NCBI RefSeq assembly: GCF_006345805.1
Contig: NW_021829688.1
Location: 1-5,971 of the forward strand
Direction of reading: 5' to 3'
Length of the DNA stretch: 5,971 nucleotides
Source: Octopus sinensis
Taxonomy: Eukaryota
Position 1 is the first letter of the stretch. Each line of letters opens with the position of its first letter. Position numbers and translations under genes: made by a program. Below the pieces are notes generated by a model. The model did no database searches and was not told the origin of the DNA. It worked only from the letters and a program-made list of their open reading frames with translations. Shown here in pieces: positions 1-5,971 of the stretch.

Positions 1-185
1 GTGGTGGTGGTAGTGGTGATAGTGATGGTGGTGGTGGTAGTGGTGGTGGTAGTAGTAGTGGTTGTGATGGTGCTGATGGTAGTCAATCTACTGTTCCTGG
101 TGGTGGTGGTTATGGTTGTGGCGGTGGTGGTGGTGGTGCTCGTGGATTTACTGTTGTTGCTGCTGCTGTTGTTGTTGTTGTTGCT
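1..185. repeat. Imperfect trinucleotide microsatellite (GGT/GTA)n grading into (GTT/GCT)n; runs off the window start
   Basis: Direct reading: gtggtggtggtagtggtg... ending ctgctgctgttgttgttgttg. Explains the poly-V/poly-L ORF 1..216. Confidence 0.95.
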
Positions 186-266
186 GGATCACTCCACGTC
201 TGGGAAGCATCTGTGAGTCTAACAGCTTATTTGTACAGCAGACGCTAACAAGAGGGCACTACGGCA

Positions 267-930
267 TGTGTGTGCGTGCGTGCAAGTGCGTAAGTGTGTG
301 TGTGTATGTGTGTGCATGCGTGTGCATAGGTGTTTCCTTAGATGTGCTGATGTGTGTGTGTGTTGTGTGTGTGTCACTGTGTGTGTGTGTATGTGTGTGT
401 ATCTCACTGTGTGAGTGTGTGTGTGTGTGTGTGTCACTGTGTGTGTGTATATGTGTGTGTATCTCACTGTGTGTGTGTGTGTGTGTGTCACTGTGTGTGT
501 GTCACTGCGTGTGTGCATGTGTGCATATGCCATTATGTATGTGTGTATGCCATTGTATGTGTGTGTATGTGTGCCATTATGTTTGTGTGTGTGCATATCA
601 CTGTATGTGTGTGTGTGTTTGTGTGTGTATGTGCCATGTACATGTGTGGATGTGTGTGTAGGTATTCCTATGTATGTTAATGCATGTGTGAGGATATAAA
701 GAAGTGTGTAGGTGTTCTTAAATCTGTGTTAATGAGTGTGTGTGTGTGTTAGTGTGTACAAGTGCATAGACATACCTATATATGTGTCAGTTTGTGAATA
801 TGTGTGTGGGTGTGTGTGTGTGTGTGTATTATGCTAATCTGAATATGTGTGTACATGTATGTATGTGTGTGTGTGTTGCTGCCCCAAAATGTGTATTAAT
901 TTGTATGCGTGTGTGTGTGTGTGTGGGTCG
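267..930. repeat. Degenerate (GT)n/(GTAT)n microsatellite region with a 30/60 bp periodic sub-array
   Basis: GT-dominated sequence. TCACTG recurs at 374, 404, 434, 464, 488, 502 and 598; 371-430 is close to 431-490. Confidence 0.9.
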
Positions 931-1512
931 CTGTTGTGTCTATGTATGTGTGCATATGTGTGGGCGTATCTGTAATTGCGTACATGTGTATTTGGTGTAT
1001 TTATGTGTATGTGTGTGCATGCATGTGTCTGTGTGCATGCATGTGTGTGTGTGCATGCCTACATGTTTGTGTGTGTGTGTGTGTGTATTGTGTCTATGTA
1101 TGTATGCATATGTGTGGGCGTGTCTGTGTGTGTGTGTGTGTGTGCATGCATGTATGTGTGTGTGCCTACATGTGTGTGTGTGTGTGTGTGTTGTGTCTAT
1201 GTATGTATGCATATGTGTGGTCGTGTCTGTGTGTGTGTGTGCATGCATATATGTGTGTGTGCCTACATGTGTGTGTGTGTGTTGTGTCTATGTATGTATG
1301 CATATGTGTGGTCGTGTCTGTGTGTGTGTGTGCATGCATATATGTGTGTGTGCCTACATGTGTGTGTGTGTGTTGTGTCTATGTATGTATGCATATGTGT
1401 GGGCGTGTCTGTGTGTGCATGCATGTATGTGTGTGGGCCTACATGTGTGTGTGTGTGTGTTGTGTCTATCTATGTATGCATATGTGTGGGCGTGTCTGTG
1501 TCTGTGTGTGCG
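931..1512. repeat. Compound minisatellite, about 6 units, typical period 87-103 bp
   Basis: Anchor TTGTGTCTAT at 934, 1088, 1191, 1282, 1373 and 1460. Each is followed by ...GCATATGTGTGG(G/T)CGT.., (GT)n, GCATGCAT and GCCTACATG; the last unit is partial. Confidence 0.92.
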
Positions 1513-1696
1513 TGAATCATTTGATGAGCTGGGGTATTTCTGAGTGGGTGCATAGAAATATTTAACGGATAAGGGTAGCTTGTCACTACATGTGTACAAA
1601 TGATCTTTTATATGTGTGTTTGCAGGCATGCATATATATATGCTTGACAGTGTGTGTGCATGCATATTTGCATATATTTGCATATATATATATATG

Positions 1697-1720
<24 letters not shown>

Positions 1721-1728
<8 letters not shown>

Positions 1729-1978
1729 AGTTTATACACAAATAGCTTAAACAGAAACCACCCACACAAATATAGACATACCGACAAAATCTACATGTAT
1801 GCACATATGTATATACATGCACTATACCTTCCATTACAGTATATAACCTTGCTGTGTCTGCAGCATTATACACACACATATACACACAAACGCACACACC
1901 CATACACACACATGTACATGCACACACACATACGTACACACACACATACACACAAACACACACATACATACATGCATA
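1721..1978 (+). repeat. Left arm of long inverted repeat IR-A
   Basis: 1721-1868 is the reverse complement of 2854-3001 with 2 mismatches (1751/2971, 1847/2875). The match continues to 1978/2736 with microsatellite-length differences. ORFs 1654..2055(+) and 2367..3020(-) share the translation ISLYTNSL.RNHPHKYRHTDKIYMYAHMYIHALYLPLQYI.LLCLQHYTH. Confidence 0.96.
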
Positions 1979-2021
1979 TATATATATGTATATATGTATG
2001 TGTGTATGAACTCAAAATATA

Positions 2022-2260
2022 TTCTTTCATTCTTTTATTTGTTTCAGTCATTTGACTGTGGCCATGCTGCAGCACCGCCTTTTAGTCGAGCAAATTGACC
2101 CCAGGACTTATTCTTTGTAAGCCTAGTACTTATTCTTTGTAAGCCTAGTACTCATTCTATTGGCCTCTTTTGCTGAACCCTCTAAGTTACAGGGACGTAA
2201 ACACACCAGCATCAGTTGTCAAGTGATGTTGGGGGGGGGGGACAAACACAGATATACACA
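2022..2260 (-). mobile_element. 5'-truncated copy of an abundant octopus-type SINE; 3' part only, tRNA-like head not present
   Basis: Higher-complexity block ttcttttatttgtttcagtcatttgactgtggccatgctg.agcaccgcctttagtcgagcaaat.gaccccaggacttattc...gggacgtaaacacaccagcatc.gttgtcaag.gatgttggggggacaaacacag, which I recall as a very high-copy Octopus repeat. The A-rich end (aaataaaagaat) lies on the minus strand. Family and strand are from memory, not from a search. Confidence 0.72.
2106..2152. repeat. Perfect 22 bp tandem duplication inside the SINE-like element
   Basis: ACTTATTCTTTGTAAGCCTAGT at 2106-2127 and 2128-2149, followed by ACTCATTCT. Confidence 0.97.
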
Positions 2261-2337
2261 TACATGTATATTTTTATTAATATTTAGCAGAAGTAATAGA
2301 GTGACTCAAAGTCTGAGAGTTTCTTGTGTGTGGGTAT

Positions 2338-2369
<32 letters not shown>

Positions 2370-2391
2370 TATATATACACATCCATCCCCC

Positions 2392-2433
2392 CCCATGCCA
2401 CATGGAAAACGGATGTTAAACGATGATGATGAT
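2392..2433 (+). mobile_element. Extreme 3' tail of an RTE-type LINE or of a partner SINE, ending in (GAT)4
   Basis: cccatgccacatggaaaacggatgttaaac-gatgatgatgat. A short tandem-repeat tail is typical of RTE-clade ends, and the sequence resembles the octopus tail I recall (catgccagcatggaaagcggacgttaaacgatgatgat). Only about 40 bp, so the call is tentative. Confidence 0.55.
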
Positions 2434-2735
2434 ACACACATATACGTATATATACATATATACACTCCAACATATATATAAATATATATGCACACATACT
2501 TATATATATACATATATACATACGCATGTAAAATATATATATATATATGTACACATACATATATATATACATGCACACACACACACACACATATATATAC
2601 ACACATGCATATGTAAAAAATATAAATATATATACATGATATACATGCATGTGTATGTATGTATATATAAATGTGTGTATATACATGTATGCATTTATGT
2701 ATGGGTGTGTGTAGATGTATGTATAAATGTGTGAG
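2434..2735. repeat. Mixed (TA)n/(CA)n/(TATG)n low-complexity tract
   Basis: Direct reading; almost purely alternating purine-pyrimidine. Confidence 0.9.
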
Positions 2736-3001
2736 TATGCATGTATGTATGTGTGTTTGTGTGTATGTGTGTGTGTACGTATGTGTGTGTGCATGTACAT
2801 GTGTGTGTATGGGTGTGTGCGTTTGTGTGTATATATGTGTGTGTGTGTGTGTGTAATGCTGCAGACACAGCAAGATTATATACTGTAATGGAAGGTATAG
2901 TGCATGTATATACATATGTGCATACATGTAGATTTTGTCGGTATGTCTATATTTGTGTGGGTGGTTTCTGCTTAAGCTATTTGTGTATAAACTTATATAT
3001 A
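2736..3001 (-). repeat. Right arm of long inverted repeat IR-A
   Basis: Reverse complement of 1721-1978, for example taatgctgcagacacagcaag.ttatatactgtaatggaaggtatagtgcatg versus catgcactataccttccattacagtatataa.cttgctgtgtctgcagcatta. Confidence 0.96.
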
Positions 3002-3590
3002 CATATAAACTTGTATACATATATACGTGTGTGTGTGTGTATACACATACCTAAATATATATATATATATATATATATATCCATTCATACATACATACAT
3101 ATATATGTATATTCATTCATACATACATACATCATACATACATATATATATACATACGCGTATACAAGTATATGTTTATACATATATATGTGAATATCTA
3201 TATTATGCAAACACATATGTATATATATATATATATACACACACACACATATGCATACACACACACACACACACATATAAATATAATATATGTATATACA
3301 TATACACATACATATGCATATACACATATAGACATTTATATATATATAAAATGTATGTATATACATACACATGTGTATATATATAATATTTATACATTTA
3401 AACACACATACATAGACACAAATATGTGTGTATATATATATATATTTATATATAAAACATGTACAAGTGTGTCTATATCTATATGTGTATGTATGTGTGT
3501 GTGCTTCCATGTGTGTATATGTATGTGTTTGTGTGTATGTGTGTGTGTGTTTGTGTAGTATGTGTGTGTGTGTGTGTTTGTGTATATATA
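3002..3590. repeat. Mixed (TA)n/(CATA)n/(CA)n/(GT)n low-complexity tract
   Basis: Direct reading. Confidence 0.9.
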
Positions 3591-3969
3591 ATTGAAGCAC
3601 AAGATAACAACAGGGCTGAAGGAAAAAATCCCCTGAGGGCAGGGAAAACATTGTATGATGAATGTACAAAGTATTAATATGGAAGTCTTTCACACATTTG
3701 ATAAAAAGTGAGTAGTGAACATTTCAATTATCCATGCAATTAGAAAATAAAAACTTCCCCGTGTTTGTTTAAAATTCTGAAAACAGCAGGCAAGAGAGAT
3801 AGTGACTAAGAAATGGATTAAGGGGAATTTATTGCAAGATATAAGCAATTCTGTTTGGGAGTGGATTTGATGCTTAATGTCAATTGGTGAATGCATGTGT
3901 TTCAGTCTTATGAGACCTTTTCAGTGAAGAATATTCTTTTCAGTTAGAGATTTGGCAGTGATTAATATT

Positions 3970-4018
3970 TATGTATGTATGTATGTATGTATTATGTATG
4001 TATGGTCGTATGTTTGTA

Positions 4019-4054
<36 letters not shown>

Positions 4055-4876
4055 TGTATGTATATATGTATGTATTTATGTATGTATGTATATATGTATG
4101 TATTTATGTATGTATGTATGTATATATGTATGTATTTATGTATGTATATATGTATGTATGTATGTATATATGTATGAATGTATGTATTTATGTATGTATG
4201 CATGTATGTATGTATGTATGTATGCATGCATGTATGTATGTATGTACATATGTATATATGTATGCGTGAGTGTATGTATGTGTGTGTACAAATGAATGTA
4301 TGTACGCATGTATGTATCTGTGTGTATGTATGTATGTGTGTAGGTATGAATGTATGTATGTACATATGTACATACATATGTATATGTATGTATGCATGCA
4401 TGTATGTATGTATGTATGTATGTATGTATGTATGCATGCATGTATGTGTGTGTGTATAGGTATGGATGTTTGTATGTACATATGTATATATGTATGTATG
4501 AGTGTATGTATGTATGTATATATGTACGCATGTATGTATATATGTGTGTATGTGTATAGGTATGAATGTATGTATGTATATATGTATGTGTGAATGTATG
4601 AATGTATGTATGTACATAAATATGTGTATGTATGTAGGTATGTACATACGTACATACATATGTATTTATATATTTATGTATATATGTATGTGTGTATGTT
4701 TGTATGTATGTATGCATATACATACATATATGTGTATATGTATGTGTGTGTGTATGTGTGTGTATGTATGCATGTAGGCATTCTACATGTTATGGGCATG
4801 TATTGTGTGTGTGTGTGTGAGTGTGTATAGGGGTTCATTTATGTGCATTTTAATGAGCCTGTATGAATGTGTGTGT

Positions 4877-4909
<33 letters not shown>

Positions 4910-4917
4910 TATATATC
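3970..4917. repeat. Long degenerate (TATG)n tetranucleotide array, ending in (GT)n, (CATA)n and (TA)n
   Basis: About 800 bp of tatgtatgtatg variants (3970-4770). Explains the MYVC and HTYI ORFs. Confidence 0.95.
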
Positions 4918-4952
4918 AGCAATATTTGTAGCTGCTTTAACATGGCTGTCCA

Positions 4953-5270
4953 TTCGAGTGGACTCTACTGCGATTATTTAACTCCAGGAGGACATCTCCT
5001 CTACCTGGTTAACGATGCACAGCTGTATCCGATAAAATTGCGAGCAGGGGAGCGACCCCCTACCATCTCTTAGCAATGGAAGCAGTAGACAAGTCCTGCT
5101 TTCAGGCTATTTCCGCCACTCCTGCGTGAAACCAGGACCTATCCACTGGTCCTGTCACCAGATGATAGGGGTTCACTGTTTGCTGTTTTATTGGATGCAG
5201 CTGTGCTTCATTGACCAGCTAGAGGAGATGTCCTCCTGGGGTTAAATAATTGCAGTAGAGTCCACTTGAA
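4953..5270. repeat. Fold-back element IR-B: arms 4953-5068 and 5160-5270, 91 bp spacer; MITE-like, or two inverted copies of a dispersed repeat
   Basis: 4953-5037 against the reverse complement of 5186-5270 gives 76/85 ungapped matches. The match extends with one gap to cccctaccatct (5068) and agatgatagggg (5160). The sequence is high-complexity, not microsatellite. No clear target-site duplication. Confidence 0.93.
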
Positions 5271-5278
5271 CAGTGTCA

Positions 5279-5280
<2 letters not shown>

Positions 5281-5316
<36 letters not shown>
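5281..5316. repeat. Perfect (TG)18 microsatellite
   Basis: Direct reading. Confidence 0.97.
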
Positions 5317-5318
<2 letters not shown>

Positions 5319-5371
5319 TATAAGAACCTTAGCCATTGCTGACAAGTGTGTATGACTTAGCAAAGCATGCT

Positions 5372-5748
5372 ACTATCATTATCATCACCACCACCACCAT
5401 CATCATCATCGTCATTACCATAATTACCACCACCACCACCACCACCACCACCATCACCACCACCTCCACATCAACATTATCGTTGTTGTTGTTATCATCA
5501 TCACCATCATCATCATCACCTCCAACATCATCATCATCATCACCTCCACCATCAAACATCATCATCATCTCCACCAGCACCACAACAAGCACCAGCACCA
5601 GCACCATCATCAACACCATCATCAGCAACATCAACTTTGTAATCACCGTCATCATCCTTATCAACATCATCATCATCATCATCATCGTCATCATCACTGA
5701 CTCCACCAGCATCATTATCATTGTCATCATTGTCATCATAGTTATCAT
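5372..5748. repeat. Imperfect trinucleotide array (CAT/CAC/CAA)n
   Basis: catcatcatc..., caccaccacc.... Explains the poly-I/T/S, poly-M/V and poly-D ORFs. Confidence 0.95.
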
Positions 5749-5971
5749 TTGTTTGTTTTTTTTGTTTTCCCACTTTGGTTCAAGGAGTGAAGGGCAGTGT
5801 CCATAGCCCTTTATTTATTTCTGAGACTTGTGGGATGAAAGGGAAGAAGAGACCTGGCCTGGATGCTTGCAACATAGGGGTGTCCACTAAAAGCACCCAA
5901 GGATCAATGAGACAGGTTAAGTCCACCTCGTAAGAACTTAGTACTCTGAGAAAAAGAATTATAAAGGAATC

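Noticed and set aside
246-260. CTCF-like motif TAACAAGAGGGCAC
   Set aside because: Only the 3' half matches the consensus, and a single partial match is expected by chance.
931-1512. CRISPR-like array
   Set aside because: The intervening segments are (GT)n of variable length rather than unique spacers. There are no cas genes and the context is eukaryotic.
1654-3020. Apparent paralogous gene pair: ORF 1654..2055(+) with 2367..3020(-), and 1586..1969(-) with 2741..3193(+)
   Set aside because: The shared peptides only reflect DNA inverted repeat IR-A. They appear on both strands and are flanked by repeat-derived residues.
3591-3965. Unique AT-rich block as a possible exon (ORF 3690..3896 on the minus strand; ttctttttcag at 3933-3943)
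   Set aside because: No recognisable protein and no coherent acceptor-donor pair; the candidate acceptor leads straight into (TATG)n.
267-4917. Z-DNA or cruciform potential of alternating purine-pyrimidine tracts
   Set aside because: Physically plausible but generic to any microsatellite-rich genome; nothing here is locus-specific.
5069-5170. Hammerhead ribozyme in the IR-B spacer (GAAAC next to a stem)
   Set aside because: I could not find the required CUGANGA core in a compatible position.
1-5748. Window-scale inverted symmetry between (GGT)n at 1-185 and (CAC/CAT)n at 5372-5748
   Set aside because: The complementarity is only compositional; I found no shared diagnostic interruptions.
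1-5806. All long ORFs in the supplied track (VCVC, HTHT, YIYI, MYVC, poly-V/I/T/D)
   Set aside because: They are translations of di-, tri- and tetranucleotide repeats that lack stop codons. They overlap in many frames on both strands and show no domain-like sequence.

Overview
Non-coding, eukaryotic-type DNA, mostly simple-sequence repeat: (GGT)n, (GT)n/(CA)n, (TA)n, (TATG)n and (CAT/CAC)n. All supplied ORFs look like low-complexity artefacts, and I can support no CDS, RNA gene or CRISPR array. Two short interspersed-repeat fragments (about 2022-2260 and 2392-2433) resemble, from memory, abundant octopus SINE and RTE-type 3' tails, so an Octopus intron or intergenic origin is likely but unverified. 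Two long inverted repeats are hidden among the microsatellites. The first has near-identical arms of about 260 bp (1721-1978 and 2736-3001) around the retroposon fragments. The second is a 318 bp fold-back element (4953-5270) with arms of about 115 bp, whose mismatches are skewed to G-U-compatible pairs and one-sided CpG loss. There is also a higher-order minisatellite of about 90 bp built from microsatellites and a perfect 22 bp duplication inside the SINE. I see no evidence for a novel protein-coding system.
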